Source of the DNA: Fimbriimonadia bacterium
GTDB taxonomy: Bacteria > Armatimonadota > Fimbriimonadia > Fimbriimonadales > JABRVX01
Direction: 5' to 3'
Length of the DNA stretch: 28,695 nucleotides
Assembly (NCBI GenBank): GCA_041483895.1
Contig: JBGPGO010000029.1
Coordinates: 1-28,695 of the forward strand
Numbering within the stretch: the first letter of the stretch is position 1; every line of letters starts with the position of its first letter. Of the stretch, positions 9,035 through 17,549 are shown one piece after another. The notes below the pieces were generated by a model, which saw only the letters and a program-made list of their open reading frames with translations, made no database searches and was not told where the DNA came from. A program made the position numbers and the translations under genes.

Positions 9035-9745
9035 TTACTTGCGGCGTCGCAATGCGGCGATACCGGCAAGACCGGTTACGATCGCGACAATGCTACCTGG
9101 CTCAGGAACAACGCGGACCCTATTGTCAGTGATGTCCTTTGTTTTGCCCGCCTGATCCAGGATGCTGGTGTTCACACCTGTGGGTGAGACAACGCCATCC
9201 TTTGTCCAGTCCAGTATGTTGCCAACGCTGCCGGGGGCCACGGTGAACTGGTAAAGCATGACATCCCAGTCATGGGCTCTTGTCTTGTTGCCGTTCATGC
9301 CGAACAAGACATACATGCCGTTGTTGCAGACTATCGGCTGGCCGGAGGTGCCGTCAGTCGGGTCGATCGAGTTGTCGTACATCACACTAGCGTCACTGAT
9401 GCTGTCAAAGAGGATAGTCGTCAGGATGTCACCTGCCGGACCACCACTCGCCTTTGCCGCAGTAAGCTGCGGTTTCCAACTGACCTCATCTGCTGCGCTA
9501 ACCAACGACAGTCCGTCGAGACACAGAGTGACCCGGAGGGTACCCCACTTAAAAGGGTTAACGGTGTCAGAGGCGTGGAAGTGATACCAGATCTGGATAT
9601 TATCGCCGACACTGGCATCGACTGTTCCTGCTGCTTGGTTATTGGTGGTCGTGTTCCAGAAGTGCAGCCGGCTAGTATAAGCCGCATAGCTGCTCCCGGC
9701 AAGCGCGGTCGCCAATCCAAGGACCATGAGATTTCGGATTACCAT
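9035..9745 (-). CDS. PEP-CTERM surface protein, paralog 1 (cohesin-like beta domain)
   Basis: Signal peptide MVIRNLMVLGLATALAGSSYA; C-terminal VPEPGS + TM helix + RRRK. Start moved to ATG 9745, downstream of AAGGAG. Confidence 0.88.
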   Translation of the reverse strand: MVIRNLMVLGLATALAGSSYAAYTSRLHFWNTTTNNQAAGTVDASVGDNIQIWYHFHASDTVNPFKWGTLRVTLCLDGLSLVSAADEVSWKPQLTAAKASGGPAGDILTTILFDSISDASVMYDNSIDPTDGTSGQPIVCNNGMYVLFGMNGNKTRAHDWDVMLYQFTVAPGSVGNILDWTKDGVVSPTGVNTSILDQAGKTKDITDNRVRVVPEPGSIVAIVTGLAGIAALRRRK

Positions 9746-9903
9746 ACGTAGGAGACTCCTTTTTCTTAGCAACTTAGACCAGCTAAGTGGAGGCTGTGCC
9801 TACAAACAGCGTGAAGTTTAGAAGGCCTTTCCGACTTCACGTAAAGCAGAATTTGATCTATTTGGAGTGGAGTTCCCAAGTCCGCTTCTCAGCGGACATC
9901 CCT

Positions 9904-9931
9904 ATTATATTCGGAAAACCGCAAATGTCAA
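9904..9931 (-). promoter_or_regulatory. Sigma70-type promoter of paralog 1
   Basis: Minus strand TTGACA-16 nt-TATAAT. Confidence 0.8.
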
Positions 9932-9997
9932 GCAAAATGCACAAAGTTTTTCGAACTTTTTCCGATCACTACACTCAAGGGGCCGCCTTCCGCCACG

Positions 9998-10031
9998 AAA
10001 TAAGAAGCCCGCTCCAGAGATTGAAGCGGGC
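9998..10031 (-). terminator. Putative terminator after paralog 2
   Basis: GCCCGCT/AGCGGGC stem followed on the minus strand by TTCTTATTT. Confidence 0.55.
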
Positions 10032-10062
10032 AACTGAGTACAAAGAAAACTTCAACTGCAGT

Positions 10063-10752
10063 TCATTTGCGGCGGCGAACGGCTATCAAACCGATCACTC
10101 CGGTGCATAATGCGAGGATACCGGTCGGCTCCGGAACCACTTTAACATGGTTGTTGGTGAGGTCCACAGTCGCGTTCTTTTGGTCGAGAATGCGAGTGGA
10201 CAGTCCGGTACTCGTATTTCTCGCATCAAGCGCCCAATCCAGGGTCTGCCCGATGGAACCGGCCTGTACGGTGAACTTCCAAAGTTTGACATCCCAGTTC
10301 TGGGAGCGAGCCTTGGTTCCGTTGATCCCAAGGAAGACATAAAGGCCGTCGTCACACATTTTTGCCTTCGTATCGTCCGTCGGATCGAGGGAGTTGTCGT
10401 ACAGGATTCCGCTTCCCGTCACCGTCGTCAAAAAGTCGCCGGCAGGGCCGCCGGTTACTTTCGCGGCGGTGATCGAAGCATCCCAGGTTCCCTTGTCGGC
10501 CGCCCCGACGAGGGTCAGGCCGTCAAAGCACAAGGTCACCTGAAGGGTTCCCCACTTGAACGGATTGACCGCGTCAAGGTCATCAAAGTGGTACCAGATC
10601 TCGATTACGTCGCCCACATTAGCACTGACTTGACCAGCGTTCGATGTGCCTTGCGTTGCATTCTTGAAGAACAAACTAGCTGCATAGGCCGCAAAACTGC
10701 TGGTTGAGAGCGCAGCTGCGAGGGCTAAAACAAAAGCAATCCGAATCTTCAT
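10063..10752 (-). CDS. PEP-CTERM surface protein, paralog 2
   Basis: Signal peptide MKIRIAFVLALAAALSTSSFA; VPEPTG + TM + RRRK. AAGGAG RBS before ATG 10752; the ORF-track extension to 10986 crosses the promoter. Confidence 0.9.
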   Translation of the reverse strand: MKIRIAFVLALAAALSTSSFAAYAASLFFKNATQGTSNAGQVSANVGDVIEIWYHFDDLDAVNPFKWGTLQVTLCFDGLTLVGAADKGTWDASITAAKVTGGPAGDFLTTVTGSGILYDNSLDPTDDTKAKMCDDGLYVFLGINGTKARSQNWDVKLWKFTVQAGSIGQTLDWALDARNTSTGLSTRILDQKNATVDLTNNHVKVVPEPTGILALCTGVIGLIAVRRRK

Positions 10753-10910
10753 CACGGATACTCCTTTAACAATCAATTTAGTCCTACAGCTGAGGCATTG
10801 CCAAAGAACAAATCTGGATGAAGAATCGGAGAAGGCCAGCCCATACCCATCCAGCAAATAATACAATTTCCCACGTTGGAGTGGAATCCGCGCCGGATCG
10901 GTTCCGGCAG

Positions 10911-11270
10911 CTACACTGACATAATACCAGGAGATCGGGGTTTTGTCAAGGACAAAATCGCGAAAAGAATGGAACACGTGACCCATTGAATCCGGGGCTG
11001 CCCACGTCGCCGGCGCGCCGCATAGGATCCAAGGCCGAGCAGGGCCGCAACGAAGCCTCCTGGCTCCGGGACAACCGTCACCCAGTTGTCCGTGACATCC
11101 ACGCTATTGCCTTTCTCGTCCAAGATTCGGGTGGATAGGCCTGTGCCTGTTTGCCGCCCATCGAGCGCCCAATCGAGTGTCTGACCCCCGCTTCCCGGTT
11201 GAACAGTGAACCGCCATAACATGACGTCCCAGTCTTGCGCCCTCGATTTGGTACCGTTGATGCCGAGCAA
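10911..11270 (-). pseudogene. 5'-truncated PEP-CTERM paralog (C-terminal third only)
   Basis: LGINGTKSRAQDWDVMLWRFTVQPGS...VPEPGG-TM-RRRR aligns with the neighbours' C-termini. No signal peptide or RBS; it starts at the terminator of paralog 3, and the frame reads on past the basic tail. Confidence 0.8.
10921..10949 (-). promoter_or_regulatory. Sigma70-type promoter of paralog 2
   Basis: Minus strand TTGACA-17 nt-TATTAT. Confidence 0.8.
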
Positions 11271-11273
11271 CGC

Positions 11274-11311
11274 AAAAAGCCGTCCGCCCTGGCGCTGCCA
11301 GAGCGGACGGC
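11274..11311 (-). terminator. Intrinsic terminator of paralog 3
   Basis: Minus strand GCCGTCCGCTCTGGC-AGC-GCCAGGGCGGACGGC-TTTTT. Confidence 0.85.
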
Positions 11312-11327
11312 GGAACGTTGCCGAATT

Positions 11328-12017
11328 TTACTTGCGGCGGCGAATGCCGGCAATGCCGGCGAGACCCGAAAGAACCGCGGCGATGGTGCCCGGCTCCGGA
11401 ACCACTGTGACATGGTTGTCGGTGATGTCCTTGGACACGTTCTTTTGGTCGAGAATGCGAGTGGACAGTCCGGTGCTCGTCGTTCTCCCATCAACCGCCC
11501 AATCCAGGGTCTGCCCGACGGAACCGGCCTGAACGGTGAACTGCCAAAGCTTGACATCCCAGTTCTGGGAGCGAGGCTTGGTTCCGTTGATCCCGAGGAA
11601 GACATAAAGGCCATCGTCACAAATTTTGGCCTTCGTATTGTCCCCCGGATCGATAGAGTTGTCGTACAGGGTTCCACTTCCGGTTACCGTGGTCAAGAAG
11701 TCGGCGGCAGAGCCACCGCTTACTTTCGCGGCGGTGATCGAAGCATCCCAGGTTCCCTTGTCGGCAGCCCCGACGAGGGTCAGGCCGTCAAAGCACAAGG
11801 TCACCTGAAGGGTTCCCCACTTGAATGGATTGACTGCGTCGAGGTCATCAAAGTGGTACCAGATCTCGACTACGTCGCCCACATTTGCATTGAGCTGGCC
11901 GGCGTTTGATGTGTTTTGCGTTGCGTTCTTGAAGAACAGGTGTGCTTGGTACGCTGCGAAGCTGCTGCTTGTGAGCGCAGCCGCCAGCGCCGTCACGATA
12001 AAATTGCGAATCTTCAT
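11328..12017 (-). CDS. PEP-CTERM surface protein, paralog 3
   Basis: Signal peptide MKIRNFIVTALAAALTSSSFA; VPEPGT + TM + RRRK; very similar to paralog 2. Confidence 0.9.
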   Translation of the reverse strand: MKIRNFIVTALAAALTSSSFAAYQAHLFFKNATQNTSNAGQLNANVGDVVEIWYHFDDLDAVNPFKWGTLQVTLCFDGLTLVGAADKGTWDASITAAKVSGGSAADFLTTVTGSGTLYDNSIDPGDNTKAKICDDGLYVFLGINGTKPRSQNWDVKLWQFTVQAGSVGQTLDWAVDGRTTSTGLSTRILDQKNVSKDITDNHVTVVPEPGTIAAVLSGLAGIAGIRRRK

Positions 12018-12342
12018 TTCTTAACGGAGACTCCTTATTGATTGCAACTCAGTCCAACTTGCCGTGTTCACAAATGAGCCGGAAATTGCGCGAAAGGCCT
12101 TTTCCTCGCAATCCGGAATGCCAATAGCTCCTTACTGCTCCAGCGCCGCTGGTACGACTCCCTGTGACAGATCACAACTGGTTTGGCTCCGGTTTGACCC
12201 AAAGCCGGTGGTTTCTCAGTTTTCAGCTAAACAGGAGGGGGCAAGAATCAGACCAATCAGGGAAAATCAGGCGGGATTTCCGGCAATTCAGCAGACCCCG
12301 TAATTCCTATGTGGTTGGTGACCAGCGAACGCCAGTGACCGT

Positions 12343-13038
12343 TTATTTGCGGTGTGGACGAAGAAAAACCAGGCCGATCAACACAGACATCGCCGCAAGT
12401 CCGCCTGGTTCCGGCACAGCTTGCAGGTGATTGTCGGTAATGTCGGCGGTCGAGGCGTTCTTGTCGAGGATCCGGGTGGACAGCCCGACGCCGGTGTCAC
12501 GGGCGTCGAACAGCCAATCCAACGTCTCGCCCGCGAGGGCGCCAGGGGCGACAGTGAACCTGAACAGTTCCTGCGGCCCGAAATCGTGCGCCTCAGGCTT
12601 GTTGCCCAAAACCCCGATCAAGGCGTAAAGTCCTCGTTTGGTTACCAGGGGTTGCGTGTTATCCGTGGGGTCGATGGAAAGATCGTACATAGGCCCGTCA
12701 TCCGTATCGAACAGAATTTTTGTCGTGAAGGTTGAATTCGGCAGGAACCCCGCATCGAGCTGGTTGCTCCACGTACTGGCTTCTGCGTCGGTGATGAGGG
12801 TGATTCCGGCCAAGTCCAGCGTCGCTTGGAACAGGCCCCACTTGTCGCTGGCGTCATCGGTACTGCCTATGTATTGAAACCAGATGGAAACGCTGTCGCC
12901 AGGAGATACCAGCACCGCGCCGCTATTTTCCAAGCCGGTCGTATTGTTCTTGAACCAGAGACGCGCTTGAAAGGCGAAGCTTGAGGTTGCAAGAAGCACC
13001 GCAAAAATGCTGGCAATGATGGCATGTCGGGTAGCCAT
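12343..13038 (-). CDS. PEP-CTERM surface protein, paralog 4 (most divergent)
   Basis: Signal peptide ending ATSSFA; shared motifs KWG..Q.TL, YD.SIDPTD, GLSTRILD, DITDNH; VPEPGG + TM + RPHRK. Start ATG 13038 after AAGGAG. Confidence 0.88.
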   Translation of the reverse strand: MATRHAIIASIFAVLLATSSFAFQARLWFKNNTTGLENSGAVLVSPGDSVSIWFQYIGSTDDASDKWGLFQATLDLAGITLITDAEASTWSNQLDAGFLPNSTFTTKILFDTDDGPMYDLSIDPTDNTQPLVTKRGLYALIGVLGNKPEAHDFGPQELFRFTVAPGALAGETLDWLFDARDTGVGLSTRILDKNASTADITDNHLQAVPEPGGLAAMSVLIGLVFLRPHRK

Positions 13039-13186
13039 GAGTCGGTCCACTCCTTCTACTGCAAAAATCTAGGGGACCGCCGAAGAGGTCCATCCAGTCA
13101 ATCAAAACATAAAATTACGTTTGGCTCAAGTCTGAGCCTATGTTAGGATTCGGCGCCTTCTCACGCCTACCACCTATTATTAAGGA

Positions 13187-13215
13187 AGGATAGCACGGCT
13201 TTACCAATCTGTCAA
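13187..13215 (-). promoter_or_regulatory. Sigma70-type promoter of paralog 4
   Basis: Minus strand TTGACA-17 nt-TATCCT, with TG at the extended -10 position. Confidence 0.65.
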
Positions 13216-13268
13216 ATCATTACCGAGGGTTCGCGTGAAAAAAGGCGAACCTACCGGGTGGCCGATCG

Positions 13269-14381
13269 CTACCGTTTGAAAAGCAACAGCAGCGTGATTA
13301 GTAGGGACCCGTACCGCAAAAACTCTTGGGTCGACATGGGCCGAGAAGGATAGGGCACATTGATCGTGTCGCCCGGCTGAATCTCCGGGTCCGAAGCCTG
13401 GCCGCGCACGACAGCGTTGAGGTCCGCTTTTGTCGTGACCGTCTTCCCGTCCTCGATGCGTTTGATCTCGACCTTGTCGGTCTTTGCGCCATCGCTCGGT
13501 TCTCCGGCGCCGTGAATGGCTTGCGAAAGCGTCATCTTGTCCCGGTATGGGACCAACCCCGGATTTCTCACCGCGCCCCGAACCATCACATACGATGATC
13601 CGGCAACCATCGGTACGAATACCTGGTCGCCCTTCGCCAACTTAATGTTGCCGCCCAAAGTTGCGAAGTCAACAACTACCTGCTCGCCGGCCCGATGCTT
13701 GATCTGAATCTTTGAAATGTCGCCGTCGCTCTTTTGTCCGCCCGCAGCAAGCAGCGCCTCTGCCAGAGTCATCCCCTCTTTGAATTCAATCACGCCCGGT
13801 TTGGCCACAGCGCCCAGCACCGTGATGTCTCCTGCTACCGGTTGAATCGTCAGGTAGATCGTGGACCCAGCAGCAATTTTGGGGTTGCCGGCCGCGGCGC
13901 CGCGGCTCTTGAAGGAGAGATAGTCAATGCTGTTCACCGTGCCGTCGGACAGCGTTACTCGAACCGATGCCAGGTCGGCGGTCTCCGTCGGCTCCGCTTT
14001 CTTAAGGAGTTCGTCGAGGGTTGTGTTGTCATCAACCTGATAATCGCCCGGCTTTAGCACCGCGCCGGAAACGCTTGCCTTGCTCGGCGGTTTCTCCGCG
14101 CCGGCAAAGGAGACGGTCACTTGAGGTTCGAGCACGACCCGCTGGTCGCCCAGAATCTTCTGAATCTTCGCTGCGGCGGCGGCCAACGTCAGCCCCTTGA
14201 CCTCGACTATCCCAATGAACGGCATGATGATCGTGCCGTCCGGACCAACGTCGTAGTCCTTCGTCAGGTCCTTGCTGTTGGATACGGTAATGGACAGCTT
14301 GTTCCCTGGGGCGATTGTCTGTTGAGCGGCGGCCAATGACAGGCACACGAATATGGCGACGAAGACAAGAACTGATCTCAT
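13269..14381 (-). CDS. Polysaccharide export (Wza/Poly_export) protein with SLBB repeats
   Basis: IAPGNKLSITV...VGPDGTIIMPFIGIVEVKGLTL; three V.GAV.KPG-type SLBB repeats; signal peptide from ATG 14381 after GGAGG; C-terminal hydrophobic helix. Confidence 0.88.
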   Translation of the reverse strand: MRSVLVFVAIFVCLSLAAAQQTIAPGNKLSITVSNSKDLTKDYDVGPDGTIIMPFIGIVEVKGLTLAAAAAKIQKILGDQRVVLEPQVTVSFAGAEKPPSKASVSGAVLKPGDYQVDDNTTLDELLKKAEPTETADLASVRVTLSDGTVNSIDYLSFKSRGAAAGNPKIAAGSTIYLTIQPVAGDITVLGAVAKPGVIEFKEGMTLAEALLAAGGQKSDGDISKIQIKHRAGEQVVVDFATLGGNIKLAKGDQVFVPMVAGSSYVMVRGAVRNPGLVPYRDKMTLSQAIHGAGEPSDGAKTDKVEIKRIEDGKTVTTKADLNAVVRGQASDPEIQPGDTINVPYPSRPMSTQEFLRYGSLLITLLLLFKR

Positions 14382-14476
14382 TCCGAACCCTCCTAGTCCA
14401 CTAGATACGCGATCGGCGCCCACATCCCTGCAACGATTGCCGGCTGTAACTTTGGACGGGTTGCGTGGCACAAGTG

Positions 14477-15811
14477 TCACTTGCCGATGCAAAAGTCTGA
14501 AAAAATCCGCTCGACGATGTCGGCAGTTGCGGTTTCGCCGGTCACCAATCCGAGCGCGTCGAGCGCCCCCCGCAGGTCGATACACAGAAAGTCGGTGGGA
14601 ACATCGACGGAGAGGGTCTCGTTCCCATGGGCGATCGCGCCTCGCGCCTCGAGCAGCGCATGCTGATGACGTTCTCGGCTGACCAGCGCCGATTCGACAG
14701 GCACGTCCCCTAGCAGACGCCGCCGCAATTCGTGCCGAAGCTGATCCAGCCCGGTTCGCTGCGTTGCGGAAACTTCAACCATGCCCGGGAATCGCTGCCG
14801 AACCGCTGACATGGTTTCCTCACCGGCGATGTCCGCCTTATTCAGCACCACCAGCGGCATGCGGTCGAGCAATTCATCGTTGGAAGGAGTTTCCCAATCA
14901 TCCGGGCTGAGCAGCAGCATCACGAGGTCCGCCGACGAAACGGCTTCGCGCGTCCGCCGAACACCGATCTCCTCCACCACGTCGCTCGTCTCCCGCAGAC
15001 CGGCGGTATCAACGAGCGTCACCGGCACTCCCTCCAGATTGATCTGGTCTTCAATCGTGTCCCGCGTCGTGCCCGGTACGGACGTCACAATCGCCCGCTC
15101 CGTCCCCACCAGCGCGTTCAGCAGGCTGGATTTGCCCACGTTTGGCAGGCCGACGATGGCAACCACCGCCCCTTCCCGCACCAACCGGCCCTGCGCAAAC
15201 CCGGCGAGCAGTTCGTCAACTGTCTTCAGCGCCTGATCCAAGTTCGCTCGGGCCGCGACGGTGTCCAGCTCGCCGACCTCTTCGCTGAAATCTACCGCGG
15301 CCTCCGCCGCCGCGAGGACCGACATCAAACGGTCTCGCACCTCCCCCACGCATCGGCTCAGCTCCCCCTCGATCTGCCGCAATGCCAGTCGCCGCTGCGC
15401 CTCCGCTCCCGCGACGATCAGATCGCAGACCGCCTCCGCCTGTGCCAGGTCCAACTTGCCGTTCAGAAATGCGCGCTTGGTGAACTCCCCCGGTTCCGCG
15501 GGCCGCGCCCCCTGCGCAAGGCACAGCCGAACGACCGCTGCAAGGGTCAGGCTTCCGCCATGACAACAGAATTCTATGACGTCCTCGCCGGTGTACGAGT
15601 TGGGCGCGCAGTAGGGAAGGACCACAACGTCATCGACCGGAGCTCCCGCCTCGTCAACGATCTGGCCATGCCTCATCCGATGACTTTCCAGGTCGCCGCG
15701 AAATAATTGTGATGCTATGGGAAACGCATCCGGCCCGGAAAGCCGCACGATCCCGATTCCGCCATTGCCGGGCGGAGTGGCGATCGCGACGATCGTATCG
15801 GAGGCGATCAA
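14477..15811 (-). CDS. mnmE: tRNA modification GTPase
   Basis: DTIVAIATPPG, SYTGEDVIE, GEFTKRAFLNGK, GLPNVGKSS, GTTRD, DTAG, NKAD, terminal FCIGK. Start probably TTG 15811, overlapping the araD stop. Confidence 0.95.
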   Translation of the reverse strand: MIASDTIVAIATPPGNGGIGIVRLSGPDAFPIASQLFRGDLESHRMRHGQIVDEAGAPVDDVVVLPYCAPNSYTGEDVIEFCCHGGSLTLAAVVRLCLAQGARPAEPGEFTKRAFLNGKLDLAQAEAVCDLIVAGAEAQRRLALRQIEGELSRCVGEVRDRLMSVLAAAEAAVDFSEEVGELDTVAARANLDQALKTVDELLAGFAQGRLVREGAVVAIVGLPNVGKSSLLNALVGTERAIVTSVPGTTRDTIEDQINLEGVPVTLVDTAGLRETSDVVEEIGVRRTREAVSSADLVMLLLSPDDWETPSNDELLDRMPLVVLNKADIAGEETMSAVRQRFPGMVEVSATQRTGLDQLRHELRRRLLGDVPVESALVSRERHQHALLEARGAIAHGNETLSVDVPTDFLCIDLRGALDALGLVTGETATADIVERIFSDFCIGK

Positions 15812-16494
15812 TCCTTTTGCCCGTAATACGCGCCCGGGCCGTGCTTGCGGCGAAAGTGCCTGTCCAGCAGCTCCTGCGAAATCGGCTTCGCGCTGGGATT
15901 GAGCATGAGAGTATGCAGAGCCATGCGAGCAACCTCTTCCAGCACCGTGGCATTTTCCAGCGCCTCCGTGGGTGTTGCCCCCCATGCGAATGCCCCGTGG
16001 CCGGCGACCAGCGCGGCGGGCATTTCAAGCGGGTCCTGGCGCCCGATACATGCGATGATGGCCTCGCCCGTTGCAGCCTCGTATCGCTCACCCGTGTCGC
16101 AGTCGTCCGTGACCGGTACGGGTCCGTGGAAATGGTCCGCGTGAGTGGTCCCGAAGCAGGGAATCGGCCGCCGGGATTGCGCCCATGCCGTCGCATAATG
16201 GGAGTGGGTGTGAACGATTCCGCCGACAGCGGGCCAGGCTTTATACAGCGCGAGATGGGTGGGAGTGTCTGTGGACGGCTTCCGGCTTCCCTCCGCCTGG
16301 TTGCCGTCGAGGTCCACGGTCGCAAGGTCAGAAGGGGATAAGCCGCCGAATGAAATGCCGGAGGGCTTGATGGCGATTTTCCCCGTCGCACGGTCGATGC
16401 CGCTTGCGTTTCCCCATGTCCCCAAGACCAATCCACGAACCGGCAGCTCGACGTTCGCCCGCCATACTTCTTCCAAGAGTTCCTGCCACTTCAC
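15808..16494 (-). CDS. araD: L-ribulose-5-phosphate 4-epimerase
   Basis: TWGNASG, IKPSG, PSTDTPTH, HTHS, GTTHADHF, HFRRKHGPGAYYGQ. Confidence 0.93.
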   Translation of the reverse strand: MKWQELLEEVWRANVELPVRGLVLGTWGNASGIDRATGKIAIKPSGISFGGLSPSDLATVDLDGNQAEGSRKPSTDTPTHLALYKAWPAVGGIVHTHSHYATAWAQSRRPIPCFGTTHADHFHGPVPVTDDCDTGERYEAATGEAIIACIGRQDPLEMPAALVAGHGAFAWGATPTEALENATVLEEVARMALHTLMLNPSAKPISQELLDRHFRRKHGPGAYYGQKD

Positions 16495-17549
16495 AGTTCG
16501 ATCACCACTTTGAGACAGTTGTCGCGATATCCGCTAGCGGTGTCAAAGGCCTTCTGCGACTCCGCGAGCGGAAATTTGTGACTGACCACTTTCTCCAGCG
16601 GCAGACGGCAGGCAATCTCGGCGGCGCGCTCCAGGGTGTTTCGTGAACGGCGGACCATGTAGAACGTCAGGCCCTTGCGCCTTGGTTCGTGCCCCGCGAG
16701 GACGATTTCAGCGTTCGGCGGGGTTCCGATGATGGCGATCTTCGCGCCGGGTTCCGCGAGGGTCAGCATGTCCTTGTGCGCGCCCGCGTCGCCGGAGCAT
16801 TCGATGACATATTGATACGATGCTTGATCCGATGCGACCGGTCTCCTGACCGTGTCGCCTGTGTCGCCTGTGTCGCCTGTGTCGCCTGTGTCGCCTGTGT
16901 CCAGCTGGCCTCCTGACCTCGCCGTTGCCACATAGTCCGCTCCGATCGACAGTGCCGCCTCCCGTCGGTGGGGCAACGGATCGGTGCAAAGAATCCGCCC
17001 CGCGCCAAAGAAGCGGGCGAGCACAAGGCAGCACAGCCCGATCCCGCCGCATCCAAGTATCGCCACGTTGCTGCCCGCCTTGAACTTCAGCAGATCGAAG
17101 GCGTTGAGGGCAACCGACATCGGCTCAAGCAGCGTCCCGGCCGCGCCGGACAGACCGTCCGGGATGGGCTCCAAAAGGTCCGGCGGATGCCAAAGCGTAT
17201 CACGGAGCATTCCCGCATCCGGCGGCAAACTCAAAAATCGTTGATCCAGGCAGAGATTCGGATTCCCCCGATAGCACTGTTCGCAATGGTGGCAGGAGAT
17301 GGTGGGTTCGAGCGAAACCCGCCGACCCGCAAGGGGACCATCTTCAACAACACCCACCCCTTCGTGTCCCATCACGAACGGGAACTGTGCCTTCGCGGAA
17401 CCTATGCCGCCGTGCCGATAGATGTGCAGGTCGGAGCCGCAGATGCCGACGTGCGTCATGCGCACCTTGGACCAGCCCGGCGTCGGCGTCTCCGGGTCCA
17501 TCTCGCCCAGTTCAATCCGGCCGGGCGCGATCAATTGGGCGCATCGCAT
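16491..17549 (-). CDS. Zn-dependent (MDR family) polyol/alcohol dehydrogenase
   Basis: GICGSDLH, GHEGVG, structural Zn site CHHCEQC...NLC, GCGGIG Rossmann motif. ATG 17549 overlaps the araB stop (TAATG). Confidence 0.9.
   Translation of the reverse strand: MRCAQLIAPGRIELGEMDPETPTPGWSKVRMTHVGICGSDLHIYRHGGIGSAKAQFPFVMGHEGVGVVEDGPLAGRRVSLEPTISCHHCEQCYRGNPNLCLDQRFLSLPPDAGMLRDTLWHPPDLLEPIPDGLSGAAGTLLEPMSVALNAFDLLKFKAGSNVAILGCGGIGLCCLVLARFFGAGRILCTDPLPHRREAALSIGADYVATARSGGQLDTGDTGDTGDTGDTGDTVRRPVASDQASYQYVIECSGDAGAHKDMLTLAEPGAKIAIIGTPPNAEIVLAGHEPRRKGLTFYMVRRSRNTLERAAEIACRLPLEKVVSHKFPLAESQKAFDTASGYRDNCLKVVIEL
16852..16901. repeat. Perfect 9-bp tandem repeat (GTGTCGCCT)x5 plus a partial unit, inside the dehydrogenase
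   Basis: Read directly; encodes DTGDTGDTGDTGDTGDT. Confidence 0.97.

Noticed and set aside
9746..9900. c-di-GMP riboswitch in the PEP-CTERM leaders
   Set aside because: I could not find the GCAAA / GNRA-receptor two-hairpin consensus; reported instead as an unknown motif.
10753..10986. N-terminal extensions in the ORF track (paralog 2, also Wza-like 14585, mnmE 15985, dehydrogenase 17615, galT 20868, nuoC 25196, nuoE 27078)
   Set aside because: They overlap promoters or neighbouring genes; RBS positions, stop/start overlaps and family N-termini support the shorter starts.
10063..12017. Paralog 2/3/remnant similarity as a diversity-generating retroelement TR/VR pair
   Set aside because: Mismatches are mostly synonymous and not one-directional at adenines, and there is no reverse transcriptase in the window.
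16852..16901. Repeats here and in the nuo genes as a CRISPR array
   Set aside because: The units are contiguous 9-mers or dispersed 25-mers, with no regular unique spacers and no cas genes.
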